64,000 bases of DNA, taken from the NCBI GenBank assembly GCA_010909165.1, contig MU008196.1:372001-436000 (forward strand), written 5' to 3'. This DNA is from Anthoceros angustus (lineage: Eukaryota; Plantae; Anthocerotophyta). The notes beneath the pieces are model-generated. The model was not told the origin of the DNA and did not search any database. It worked only from the letters and a program-made list of their open reading frames with translations. The position numbers and the translations under genes are program-made. Of the stretch, positions 11,457 through 24,022 are shown piece by piece. Each line of letters starts with the position of its first letter. Positions within the stretch are counted from its first letter, which is position 1.

Positions 11457-12330
11457 TGTGGGAGGCAGATCCGGGGCTCCCGAGATTCCCCTCTAGCGCC
11501 ACACTTATCCCACCGTGGGAGGATCCGGGGCTCCGAGATGCACCCTCTAGCGCCACACTTATCCCACGTCGTTTACGTTGGGTTTCGTCCCATGAGACTT
11601 GTGGAGCAGTGATCTTGAGAAATCGTCACTGCAGCTACACACTACCTCAGCCTTCTAAACAAGCAAGGCGCCCTCTCACTCCTCTACAGCAGCTCGCGCC
11701 CGTCTTGCCCGTAAACTCACCAAACCTCAACCTACAACGACACCACACAATTGCAGGTCATGTCTTAACAGCAAGGTGTCTATCACGGGCCAGGGACCCC
11801 GACCCACACCGCACTCTGTCCCTACTCCTAAGACACTCTTCTCCACACAGGCGCCCTCTTACTTGCAGTTGGGATTCGTCCCTTAGGCTCTACACTGTGG
11901 CCTTAGTTTTCCTACACTCTAATCCTCCTCACAACTCTCTCAATCAACAACGCCTCTTCTTCTCTACTCATCTACCCTTTCTCCTTCCACGATCTTCTAC
12001 TCTAACACCAATTGTTGGCTCACTAATTCCAACTCGCCCTTACGACATAGCTGCCTGGGGTCCGTCCGGAAATTAACGAGTTCTTCCTTGGGCGGTTGCT
12101 ATGCGGTTTGTACCAGACAGCGAGAACCTCCAGGGAGTCTTTCCCTGTAGTCTACCCTCAAGCCGAGAGTTCCTTGAGCATCGCCACACACTCAAAGCAA
12201 AACAATTCACACAGCAACCATTCACAAGGGGAGCAGCTAGCAGGGGCGCCTGCAAAGAGCAAGCCCTCCGCCCAGCACTCCGACCGTCGCGTTCTCCCTC
12301 TCTACGGACCTGCGTTGGCTTGCGGCACGA
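11457..12330 (-). repeat. Partial LTR (3' end intact, 5' end truncated)
   Basis: Ends in TGTGGGAGG on the plus strand at 11457 next to a degenerate PBS and is homologous to the other LTRs. Confidence 0.8.
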
Positions 12331-13007
12331 AATTCACCACGCCACCCCTCCTTCTTCACTCTGTTGCTGGAAGTTGAGCTAGATCCACCACTCAAGGTCC
12401 AGCATTGAGAAGGCCCGGTGCTGGTAGCTGAATTTGAATTGCACTCAAGGTGCTTCCTCCTTGCTTCCTCTTCACACCAACTCCTCTTCAACCACCTCCT
12501 TTGTTTCGGTGATTTCCACGTCCCTTCTCCGAAACGTTTTCTGGCTGATCACTTGGCTCCCCCTTGTAGGCAAGGGCAAAAACGGCCTCCTCCTCAACCG
12601 CCCTTAGCTCTTCCTCCTCCTGGAGCCGTCGTGCAACCACCACAGCGTTTTCCTCCCTCAATTGGTTTCTTCTTGCAGCTCTCAGATCTCTTGCAGTAAC
12701 AGGTGGGGGTGACCTCCTACGGTTTTCTCCTCTCCCCCTCCCTCTGCTAGACATCTACAAGCATCCTTATAGCCTCCAACACACGGTTGTCAAAGAAAAA
12801 TCAGCCAACTCCTGCCATGCGCCATTCTTGCTGCAGGAACACAAAAATCACACCATTCAGGAGGCGTGGAGCTCCTCCTTCACAACGCATGGGTACTAGG
12901 ACGTAGAGGCTTCTTCCCAGACCCCCGCTCCACCTCCTTACAATCTTCTCAGCCCATACTGCAAGCTAGCAACGAAAATCTCAAAATTTCAACCGTTCAG
13001 CATCAAG

Positions 13008-13026
13008 TCCCCGGCAACGGTGCCCA
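13008..13026 (-). other. Primer-binding site complementary to 3' end of tRNA-Asp(GUC)
   Basis: Minus strand reads ...CCTCCCACA TTT TGGGCACCGTTGCCGGGGA, near-identical to the Athila-type PBS TGGCGCCGTTGCCGGGGA (plant tRNA-Asp ends TCCCCGGCAACGGCGCCA). Confidence 0.85.
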
Positions 13027-13029
13027 AAA

Positions 13030-14073
13030 TGTGGGAGGCAGATCCGGGGCTGAGATTCTCAAGGCCAAAATGTGGGAGGCAGATCCGGGGCTCCGAGATG
13101 CACCTCTAGCGCCACACTTATCCCACCGTGCGTTGGGTTTCGTCCCATGAGACTTGGAAGCCTGATCTTGAGAAATCACCACCGCAGCTACACACTACCT
13201 CAGCCTTCTAAACAAGCAAGGCGCCCTCTAACGCTCCCTCTACAGCAGTTGCACCGCCTGCACTGCTTCATAAATTCACTAAGCCTCAACCTACAACGAC
13301 ACCACACAATTGCAGGTCATGTCTTAACAGCAAGGCGTCTATCACAGGCGCCCAGGGACCCCCTGACCCACACCGCAATTTCGTCCCCACTCCTAAGACC
13401 ACTCTTCTCCACACAGGGAGCGCTCTCTTACTACAGATTTGGGATTCGTCCCTTAGGCTCTACCTGTGGCCTTACGTTTTTCCTACACTCTAATTCTCCT
13501 CACAACTCCCTCAATCAACGATGCCCTCTTCTTCTCTACTCATCTAACCTTCCTTCCTCCACAATCTCCTACTCTAACACCGATTGCTGGCTCATTAATT
13601 CCAACTCGCCCTTACGGCACAACTGCTTGGGGTCCGTCCGGAAATTAACGAGTTCTTCCTTGAGCCGGTTGCTATGTGGTTTGTACCAGACAGCGAGAAC
13701 CTCTAGGGAGTCTTTCCCTGTAGTCTACCCTCAAGCCGAGAATTCCTTGAGCATCGCCACACACTCAAAGCAAAACAATTCACACGGCAACCATTCACAA
13801 GGGGAGCAGCTAGCAGGGGCGCCTGCAAAGAGCAAGCCTCCGCCCAAAGACCGACCGCGCGTTCTCCCTCTCTACGGACCTGCGTTGGCTTGCGGCACAA
13901 ATTCTGCACACAAAGTGAAGGACTCGGGAGGATGGGGCGCAAGACACGATAATTTTACTTCACAAGCTCCTCCTTTTATGGGGAGGTCCTCACATACAAC
14001 CTCCCACAGGCGCCCTCTCACGCCCTCTTACTCCTTATTTTAGTGTATCCTACTATCGACTTTAAGTTCGACA
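13030..14073 (-). repeat. LTR (~1 kb, TG...CA)
   Basis: Begins TGTCGAACTTAAAG, ends CCTCCCACA and is followed by the PBS. The 5' boundary may lie ~100 bp further upstream in other copies. Confidence 0.8.
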
Positions 14074-14280
14074 TGCATAAAAGTTTGGGCAACAAGCTTA
14101 AATGAGTTCGCTTTGAAACAGCCCACACTCTTTTGCTAGAAATGGTTTGGTGAAGACATGCAAGGAAATTTTTGCTCCTTTTGAGCGGAGTTGTAGGACC
14201 ATGTCGGAAGGCAGAGGATATGCAGGAAAAGAAACGGGTCAAAACGACCTCTGGTGAGGAGAAAAGGTAACCTACATGAG

Positions 14281-14520
14281 TGGTAGGAGGTGTCCTACCA
14301 CCGTAGGAGAAACTCCTACCATGGTGACGAGGGTAGGAGAGATCCTACCACCGTAGGAGAATGACCGCTAGTGTTTTGATCACCTACCAGGGGAATAGCT
14401 CCTACCATGGTAGGAGAGGGTAGGAAGGTATCCTACCACCGTAGGAGTAACTCCTACCGTGGTAGGAGAAAGGGAAAAGCCTACCATGGTAGGAGGATGT
14501 CCTACCACGGTGGGAGATAG
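14281..14520. repeat. Array of ~8 short palindromes (CTCCTACCA(C/T)(C/G)GTAGGAG); further arrays at ~30500-30730, ~41715-41965, ~42827-42970
   Basis: Each unit has a CTCCTAC/GTAGGAG stem. CTCCTACCATGGTAGGAG is a perfect 18-bp palindrome. Confidence 0.9.
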
Positions 14521-14717
14521 GTTCTAAGGAAGTAGCTTATGTTTTAGGCAGGATAGGCTTGCTATATATAGAGTCTTTTAGTGGACTAGATAAATAGGCC
14601 AAAATAGGTAATTAAGAAATTAGAGGCTAATTTTCAGTAATTAGAAATTAGAAAATAGGGGAAATTGGTATTCTAGTATAAGGAAATTAGGAAACTAACA
14701 TCAACGGTGAGAAAAGG

Positions 14718-14789
14718 GCCACGTGGCACACATCCAAGGGCAGGATAGAATGGTAGTTACTTTTTCTAACCCTTGGGTGACTTATAAAA
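14718..14789 (+). promoter_or_regulatory. Putative internal promoter of extra ORF: palindromic G-box GCCACGTGGC + TATAAAA
   Basis: G-box at 14718-14727 and TATAAAA at 14783-14789. The same pair occurs at 30916-30986 (+) and ~41443-41514 (-), after an AT-rich tract and upstream of the extra ORF. Confidence 0.55.
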
Positions 14790-17700
14790 GTGGCTGCAGG
14801 TGCTTGCAGGAGGCCACAACTCAGAAACTTGAGGAGACGGCCTCACAGCAGGAAGGCGCCGCCACACCTCAAGCTTCCCAAGGCCCCCATACAGCAACGC
14901 GCCGTACACGCGCCCGTGCTGAGGAGGAGAAGGAGGGCGCAAGCTCAGCAAGGAGGCGAAATCCAGCGCCCAAGAGAGGAAGAAGGAGGAAAAGAGAAGA
15001 AGAGAAGGGAGAAGAAGGTTGGGGCGCAACCCAACACTTGCCAAGCTCGTGAGGGTGCCTAGGAGGGTGGAGCGTGGCAAGATTGCTAGGAAACCGTGCA
15101 GGAAGGGCTCCTAAATTGCTGTGGCAGGTGTAAGAGTCCGGGGGAATTTTGGTGAGCTTTCTCTTGCAGGAGAAATTGGGGTTTTTGAGGACCAAGGTGT
15201 AAGGACTGCAGGAGGAGAGCAAGGGCAAGGACCTTTGAGCTGTGAGCAAGAGCAAATCAGAGGAGGAGAGCAAGGGCAAGGACCTTTGAGCTGTGAGCAA
15301 GAGCAAATCAGAGGAGGAGAAACGCGTTTGCAAGGATAAGAAGGCTGGAGCTGCAGGTGCAGGAGAGGCATCACTTTTCTTCAATTTCTGCAAGTACTAA
15401 CCAAGGAGGCCATGACCAAGCCTACCATGACCAAGGGCAAGGAGGTAGTAGCCAAGGAAGGAGCGTCCACCAAGGAGGTGGCGCAGGAGGCAAGAGGTCT
15501 AAGGCGGAGGATCGACTGAGGGTGGAAATTTGACATGCCCTTATTTACGTGCTATGCAGGCCAGCTATCCTCTAGAGACCTTTCGGACTTTCGACCTTGG
15601 GCAGCAGAGGAGAATATTCAGCTAGAGTGGGTGTATGGGCGACATTGGTCTTACACCAACCTTGAATTGATAGAGAGTGTTTTGCTAATTTGCAGCAGAC
15701 GGAAGAGGAATTGGCTGCCTTACCGGATAGAACGCAGACGGATCCACGGTGTTGGAGTAAGGAGCATACGCTGTATATGGCGGGCGGATAGCGAGGATAG
15801 CGGAATCACGTTGATGGAAGGAACGAGTGGAGGCAAGCGTGCATCAACGGCGGATCTTCCCAAGGGAGCCCTTACCCTTATGCAAGGGGGCATGAAGGCT
15901 AAGTCCAAGAACGGTTGGCGGACGGACCAAATCTTGGAGCCCAAGTGGAGATTGTTCACAAGAATTGTTTTGGGCCTGGTGAGCAATCCAAGGGTGTCAT
16001 ATTTCAGCACTACCTTCCTCCATTTTCTGTGGAAGATCACTCAAGGAGCGAAGCCGGATTGGGGGCTCATCATGTATGAAGCATACACCTACCAAGCAAG
16101 GAGGTGGCGCAGAGGGCAAGAGGTCTAAGGCGGAGGATCGACTGAGGGTGGAAATTTGACATGCCCTTATTTACGTGCTATGCAGGCCAGCTATCCTCTA
16201 GAGACCTTTCGACTTTCGACCTTGGGCAGAGGAGAATATTCAGCTAGAGTGGGTGTATGGGCGACATTGGTCTTACACCAACCTTGAATTGATAGAAGAG
16301 TGTTTTGCTAATTTGCAGACGGAAGAGGAATTGGCCCTTACCGGATAGAAACGCACGGACGGATCCACGGTGTTGGACCGTAGGAGCATACGCTGTATAT
16401 GGCGGATAGCGAGGATAGCGGAATCACGTTGATGGAAGGAACGAGTGAGGCAAGCGCATCAACGGCGGATCTTCCCAAGGAGCCCTTACACTTATGCAAG
16501 GGGCATGAAGGCTAAGTCCAAGAACGGTTGGCGGACGGACCAAATCTTGGAGCCCAAGTGGAGATTGTTCACAAGAATTGTTTTGGGCTTGGTGAGCAAT
16601 CCAAGGGTGTCATATTTCAGCACTACCTTCCTCCATTTTCTATGGAAGATCACTCAAGGAGCGAAGCCGGATTGGGGCTCATCATGTATGAAGCATACAC
16701 CTACCACCGGAAAAGTTCAAACCCAACGCGTCGGATGAAGATGTCCAAGGCCATGCTATCTTAGCACTTATCTAGTACATTTGTGGGAAGTAGAGGGGCT
16801 GCTCACAAGTAAGGAGTTGGATGATTCCAAGCATCCCTTTAACATTGTGTACTTACAGCCGAGAGGGACATGGATTGCTTGGCGCTTTGCAGCTAAAGGA
16901 GGTGCCGGCAGCACCACAGGACATTATTGCCGGAAGGAATCCTCCGAAAGATAGGCCGAGGATGCGGAGGACTTGCAAGGAGAAGTTGTAGGGGATTTGA
17001 AGTTTGGACCGGAGGATGCGGAGATGGAAGGTAGGATAGATCCTACCATGGCGTGAATCCCGCTGCGAGGGTGGGAGGTGTTCCCACGTGGTTTGGGACC
17101 CCTTCGTCCTCTCATGACAAGGCCTACGGGGAGAATTAGTCCTACCACGGTAGGAAGTAGTCCTACTGGTGGAGCACCTCCTACCACGGTAGGAGGAAAG
17201 GAAGTCACGGTTTGGAAGCTCCCAAGAGGAGATAAGAAGGCAACCGGCCCTAGGTGGGCGGATGGAGTCACGGTGGGAGGAGTTGCCCACCAAGTGATGA
17301 GCGGGAGCTCATCATAGGGAAGCAAGGGATGTAAGATCCCATGAGCAAGGCAAAGGCCTTGAGTCTCCGGAGGTAAGAAAGGAGACTTGGACATGTTGGA
17401 GGAGATGCTGCATAGGGGAGATGTTCAGCAAGGTAGACATAGGAGCCGCCAAGAGGAGAGTTGAATTCTTGAAGACGAGGCGGAAGACAAGGACCTACCA
17501 AGCAAGGGAAATTGCGGTAGGCGAGCGGAAACCCAGTGGAGGATGTTATGAGGATGGAAGCTCAAGTGGAGCACTTGGAAAAGAGTCTTGAGACAAGGCA
17601 ACAGGAAACAAACCATCATATTCGGAGAACAAGGCTCTTACCAAGCAATTGGCAGCTCGAGAGGAGAAGGTGGAGCAACTTGCTCACATGGTGCGACATG

Positions 17701-20700
17701 GAAAAGAAGGCGGAAGACAAGCAAGTGCTGCTAATGGAGGAAAGGTCAAGGAGAGCAAGGGCAAGGACCTTTGAGCTGTGAGCAAGAGCAAATCACGAGG
17801 AGGAGAAACGTTTGCAAGGATAAGAAGTGGCCGCAGGAATTGCAGGAGGCATCACTTTTCTTCAATTTCTGCAAGTACTAACCAAGGAGGCCATGACCAA
17901 GCCTACCATGACCAAGGGCAAGGAGGTAGTAGCTAAGGAAGGAGCGTCCACCAAGGAGGTGGCGCAGAGCGCAAGAGGTCTAAGGCGGAGGATCGACTGA
18001 GGGTGGAAATTTGACATGCCCTTATTTACGTGCTATGCAGGCCAGCTATCCTCTAGAGACCTTTCGACTTTCGACCTTGGGCAGCAGAGGAGAATATTCA
18101 GCTAGAGTGGGTGTATGGGCGACATTGGTCTTACACCAACCTTGAATTGATAGAGGAGTGTTTTGCTAATTTGCAGCAGACGGAAGAGGAATTGGCCCTT
18201 ACCGGATAGAAACGCACGGACGGATCCACGGTGTTGGAAGGAGCATACGCTGTATATGGCAGCCGGATAGCGAGGATAGCGGAATCACGCTGATGGAAGG
18301 AACGAGGCAAGCGCATCAACGGCGGATCTTCCCAAGGGAGCCCTTACACTTATGCAAGGGGCATGAAGGCTAAGTCCAAGAACGGTTGGCGGACGGACCA
18401 AATCTTGGAGCCCAAGTGGAGATTGTTCACAAGAATTGTTTTGGGCTTGGTGAGCAATCCAAGGGTGTCATATTTCAGCACTACCTTCCTCCATTTTCTA
18501 TGGAAGATCACTCAAGGAGCGGGATTGGGGCTCATCATGTATGAAGCATACACCTACCACCGGAAAAGTTGTCGAAACCCAACGCGTCGGATGAAGATGT
18601 CCAAGGCCATGCTATCTTAGCACTTATCTAGTGCATTTGTGGGAAGTAGAGGGGCTGCTCACAAGTAAGGAGTTGGATGATTCCAAGCATCCCTTTAACA
18701 TTGTGTACTTACAGCCGTGAGAGGGACAGGAGTGCTTGGTGCTTTGCGCTAAAGGAGGTGCAGCACCACCGGACATTATTCGGAAGGAATCCTCCGAAAG
18801 ATAGGCCGAGGATGCGGAGGACTTGCAAGGAGAAGTTGTAGGGGATTTGAAGTTTGGACCGGAGGATGCGGAGATGGAAGGTAGGATAGATCCTACCATG
18901 GCGTGAATCCCGCTGCGAGGGTGGGAGGTGTTCCCAGTGGTTTGGGACCCCTTCGTCCTCTCATGACAAGGCCTACGGGCAGGAATTAGTCCTACCACGG
19001 TAGGGAAGTAGTCCTACTGGAGCACCTCCTACCACGGTAGGAGGAAAGGAAGTCACGGTTTGGAAGCTCCCAAGAGGAGATAAGAAGGCAACGGCCCTAG
19101 GTGGGCGAGCGGATGGAGTCACGGGAGGAGTTGCCCACCAAGTGATGAGCGGGAGCTCATCATAGGGAAGCAAGGGATGTAAGATCCCATGAGCAAGGCA
19201 AAGGCCTTGAGTCTCCGGAGGTAAGAAAGGAGACTTGGACATGTTGGAGGAGATGCTGCATAGGGGAGATGTTCAGCAAGGTAGACAGGAGCCGCCAAGA
19301 GGAGAGTTGAATTCTTGAAGACGGAGGCGGAGAAGACAAGGACCTATCAAGCAAGGGAAATTGCGGGTAGGCGAGCGGAAACCCAGTGGAGGATGTTATG
19401 AGGATGGAAGCTCAAGTGGAGCACTTGGAAAAGAGTCTTGAGACAAGGCAACAGGAAACAAACCATCATATTCGGAGAACAAGGCTCTACCAAGCAATTG
19501 GCAGCTCGAGAGGAGAAGGTGGAGCAACTTGCTCACATGGTGCGCATGGAAAAGAAGGAAGACAAGCAAGTGCTGCTAATGGAGGAAAGGTCAAGACGAG
19601 AGCAATCTCTGCGCAATGAGGGCAGACAAAGGCAAGTAGGCGCACATGAGCGGGTCATAGCCACACAGGCTGTGAAGATTAGTGACATGGAAAAGGAGCT
19701 GGGAGAAATCCGCCGGAGGCTGGAATTGAAGGAAGAAGAGCTGGAAGAACGGACACATTTTGTCCAAAGATTGGAAATGGAACGAGAAGTCCAGCAACGG
19801 GAGAATGCACAACTCCCTAGGAGGATAGGGGAGTTGGAGGAAGAAATGGCAAAGGAGAAAGGCCGTCATGAGGCGGTTGTGCAGCATATGTTGGCGGTGA
19901 GGGAGCAGAGATTTCGGGCTGATTACGCCCTACAAGAAAGATTGATCCGCCAACTGCAGAATGAGAGGAGAATGTGGCTCTCCATGTCAAGACCGGTGAG
20001 CTGGCCTTGAGCGAGATGCTTACAAAAGCAAGTGTGAGCATGGAGTATGGCTTGAGGATTACAAATTGGAGATGGCACAACAACGATTTGCAGCCCATCT
20101 TCACAACAAGGTGCTCAAGGCCACTAACGAGTTGTTGCGACTTGCTGAAAGGAGGATGTTGGGACCTCATGATGATGATAGGGAGGCCCTCATGCAAGTC
20201 CAACCGAAGCCTTAGACTTGGAGAGTGTCCCAAGCGGGAGATAAGAAGGCAACCGGCCCTGCTAGGTGGGCGAGCGGATGGAGTCACGGTGGGAGTTGCC
20301 CCAAGTGATGAGCGGGAGCTCATCATAGGGAAGCAAGGGATGTAAGATCCCATGAGCAAGGCAAAGGCCTTGAGTCTCCGGAGGTAAGAAAGGAGACTTG
20401 GACATGTTGGAGGAGATGCTGCGCATAGGGGAGATGTTCAGCAAGGTAGACATAGGAGCCGCCAAGAGGAGAGTTGAATTCTTGAAGACGGAGGCGGAGA
20501 AGACAAGGACCTACCAAGCAAGGGAAATTGCAGGTAGGCGAGCGGAAACCCAGCGGCAGGAGGATGTTATGAGGATGGAAGCTCAAGTGGAGCACTTGGA
20601 AAAGAGTCTTGAGACGAGGCAACAGGAAACAAACCATCATATTCGGGAGAACAAGGCTCTTACCAAGCAATTGGCAGCTCGAGAGGAGAAGGTGGAGCAA

Positions 20701-21968
20701 CTTGCTCACATGGTGCGCACATGGAAAAGAAGGCGACAAGCAAGTGCTGCTAATGGAGGAAAGGTCAAGACGAGAGCAATCTCGAAATGAGGGCAGACAA
20801 AGGCAAGTAGGCGCACATGAGCGGGTCATAGCCACACAGTGAAGATTAGTGACATGGAAAAGGAGCTGGGAGAAATCCGAGGCTGGAATTGAAGGAAGAA
20901 GAGCTGGAAGAACGGACACATTTTGTCCATAGATTGGAAATGGAACGAGAAGTCCAGCAACAGGAGAGTGCACAACTCCCTAGGAGGATAGGGGAGTTGG
21001 AGGAAGAAATGGCAAAGGAGAAAGGCCGTCATGAGGCGGTGGTGCAGCATATGTTGGCGGTGAGGGAGCAGAGATTTCGGGCTGATTATGCCCTACAAGA
21101 GAGATTGATCCGCCAACTGCAGAATGAGAGGACGGAGAATGTGGCTCTCCATGTCAAGACTCGTGAGCTGGCCTTGGAGCGAGATGCTTACAAAAGCAAG
21201 TGTGAGCATGGAGTATGGCTTGAGGATTACAAGAATTGGAGATGGCACAACAACGATTTGCAGCCCATCTTCACAACAAGGTGCTCAAGGCCACTAACGA
21301 GTTGTTGCGACTTCTGAAAGGAGGATGTTGGGACCTCATGATGATAGGGAGGCCCTCATGCAAGTCCAACCGAAGCCTTAGACTTGGAGAGTGTCCCAAG
21401 CAGGGGTGAAGAAACTTGCACTGTGGAGAAGCAAGTGAAGGAGAAGCTGCAGTGGAGAGAATCACCCGGGAAGGGGTAAGGAAGAAGAAACGACCATGGT
21501 AGGAGGGCCGGAAGAAGCAGCGGATTCAAAGGCTGCTAGCATGGATTTGACAAGGGAGGCGAGTACCTTGGCCCTTGCGGAAGAAGGAAGAGGGGTTGAT
21601 CTTGCGTGAATGGAGCAAGAATCACAAGGAGAAGACCAACCTCCTAACATGGGTGCAGGAGCAAGGAGCTCACTTGCTCCACAAGTGAGAGGAAGAGGCG
21701 AGGATGAGCCAAGAGAGCCCGGCTATTTTATTGGAGGAAGGAACTCAAGATAGGCATCAAGATAAGGAAGGGATTCATAAGAAGTCCTTAAATTAGCTTG
21801 AAGACATGGGGCAAGATGCCACTTGGGAAGACTTTTCTTTAGAGGAGGACAGCATTAATGCTTGTCACCCAGAGAGTGTGTTGACTAGCTAGATAGGAAT
21901 GTTGACAGAGCCATTAAGGCTCACATAGGTGAATTTGCTAGAATAGAATTTTACCCAAGATGCTTGGA

Positions 21969-22970
21969 TGTCGAACTTAAAGTCGACAATAGGATACACT
22001 AAAATAAGGAGTGAGGCGGTGCAGGAGGGCGCTGTGGGGAGGCTGTGAGGACCTCCCTATAAAAGGAGGGAGCTTGTGAAGTAAAATTATCGTGTCTTGC
22101 GCTCCCATCCTCCTGAGTCCTTCACTTTGTGCAGGAATTTCGTGGCCGCAAGCCAACGCAGTCTGGTAGAGAGGAGAACGCGGTCGGAGTCGGGCGGAGG
22201 GCTTGCTCTTTGCAGCGCCCGCTAGCCGCTCCCTTGTGAATGGTTCGTGTGAATTGTTTTGCTTTGAGTGTGTGGCGATGCTCAAGGAACTCTCGGCTTG
22301 AGGGTAGACTGCAGGAAAGACTCGGAAAGACTCCTGGAGGTTCTCGCTGTCTGCAAACCACATAGCAACCGCCCAAGGAAGAACTCGTTAATTTCGGACG
22401 GACCCAGGCGGTTGTGCCGTGGGAGTTGGAATTAATGAGCCAGCAATTGGTGTTAGAGTAGGAGATTGTGGAGGAAGGAAGGGTAGATGAGTAGAGAAGA
22501 AGAGGGCGTTGTTGATTGAGAGAGTTGTGAGGAGGATTAGAGTGTAGGAAAACTAAGGCCAGGCAGCCTAAGGGACGAATCCCAACTGCAAGTAAGAGGG
22601 CTCCTGTGGAGAAGAGTGTCTTAGGAGTAGGGACGAAGTTGCGGTGTGGGTCAGGGGGTCCCTGGGCGCCCGTGATAGACACCTTGCTGTTAAGACGTAA
22701 CCTAGCAATTGTGTGGTGTCGTTGTAGGTTGAGGTTTGGTGAGTTTACGAAGCAGTACGGGCGGCGTAGCTGCTGTAGAGGGAGCGTGAGAGGGCGCCTT
22801 GCTTGTTTAGAAGGCTGAGGTAGTGTGTAGCTGCAGGTAGTGACGGATTTCTCAAGATTCGACTGTTCCCCAAGTCTCATGGGACGAAACCCAACGTACG
22901 AAACGACAGTGGGATAAGTGTGGCCGCTAGAGGGGGAATCTCGGGAGTGCCCCGGGGTTTTCCTCCCACA
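21969..22970 (+). repeat. LTR (1002 bp, TGTCG...CCCACA; TATAAAA at 22058)
   Basis: Homologous to LTRs at 13030, 24023, 35888 and 44350. Its 3' end jumps back into the coiled-coil ORF via CACATTTT. Confidence 0.85.
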
Positions 22971-24022
22971 TTTTGTCCAAAGATTGGAAATGGAACGAGA
23001 AGTCCAAAGAACGGAGAGTGCACAACTCCCTAGGAGGATAGGGGAGTTGGAGGAAGAATGGCAAAGGAGAAAGGCCGTCATGAGGCGGTGCAGCATATGT
23101 TGGCGGTGAGGAGGAGATTTTCGGCTGATTATGCCCTACAAGAGAGATTGATCCGCCAACCGCAATGAGAGGACGGAGAATGTGGCTCTCCATGTCAAGA
23201 CCGTGAGCTGGCCTTGAGCGAGATGCTTACAAAAGCAAGTGTGAGCATGGAGTATGGCTTGAGGATTACGAAGAATTGGAGATGGCACAACAACGATTTG
23301 CAGCCCATCTTCACAACAAGGTGCTCAAGGCCACTAACGAGTTGTTGCGACTTCTGAAAGGAGAATGTTGGGACCTCATGATGATGATAGGGAGGCCCTC
23401 ATGCAAGTCCAACCGGAAGCCTTAGACTTGGAGAGTGTCCCAAGCAGGGGTGAAGAAACTTCGCACTGTGGAGAAGCAAGTGAAGGAGAAGCGCAGTGGA
23501 GAGAATCACCCCGTGAAGGGGTAAGGAAGAAGAAACGACCATGGTAGGAGGGCCGGAAGAAGCGGATTCAAGGTCGCTAGCATGGATTTGACGGCAAGGG
23601 GAGGCGAGTACCTTGGCCCTTGCAGGAAGAAGGAAGAGGGGTTGATCTTGCAGAATGGAGCAAGAATCACAAGGAGAAGACCAACCTCCCAACATGGGTG
23701 CAGGAGCAAGGAGCTCACTTGCTCCACAAGTGAGAGGAAGAGGAGAAGTCGAGGATGAGCCAGGCTAAGAGAGCCCGGCTATTTTATTGGAGGAAGGAAC
23801 TCAAGATAGGCATCAAGATAAGGAAGGGATTCATAAGAAGTCCTTAAATTAGCTTGAAGACATGGGGCAAGATGCCACTTGGGAAGACTTTTCTTTAGAG
23901 GAGGACAGCATTAATGCTTGTCACCCAGAGAGTGTGTTGACTAGCTAGATAGGAATGTTGAGAGCCATTAAGGCTCACATAGGTGAATTTGCTAGAATAG
24001 AATTTTACCCAAGATGCTTGGA

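Larger units (their letters stand above)
7041..14073 (-). mobile_element. Athila-like Ty3/gypsy element copy (LTR-PBS-leader-gag-integrase-3' region), 5' part duplicated, 3' truncated
   Basis: Read right to left: LTR 14073-13030, PBS, leader, gag start 12754, second partial LTR ~12330-11457, leader, gag 11191-9569, integrase 9413-7289, start of 3' region. Confidence 0.85.
14074..21968 (+). mobile_element. 3' region and extra ORF of the Athila-like family, with several internal tandem duplications
   Basis: Contains the same post-integrase sequence as 30290-30990, then repeated MTKPTMTKGKEVV / WKFDMPLFTCYAG / WRLFTRIVLG / coiled-coil segments, ending at LTR 21969. Confidence 0.85.

Noticed and set aside
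13008-13026. tRNA-Asp gene
   Set aside because: Only the 18-19 nt 3' complement is present, directly next to an LTR end, so it is a PBS.
14281-14520. CRISPR-like array of palindromic repeats
   Set aside because: Spacers are only a few nt and irregular, there are no cas genes, the context is eukaryotic, and the array is part of a retroelement.
21838-21870. Definitive polypurine tract and LTR 5' boundary
   Set aside because: Two candidates exist (TGTCA at 21863 after AGAGGAGGACAG, or TGTCG at 21969) and no TSD was found to decide between them.
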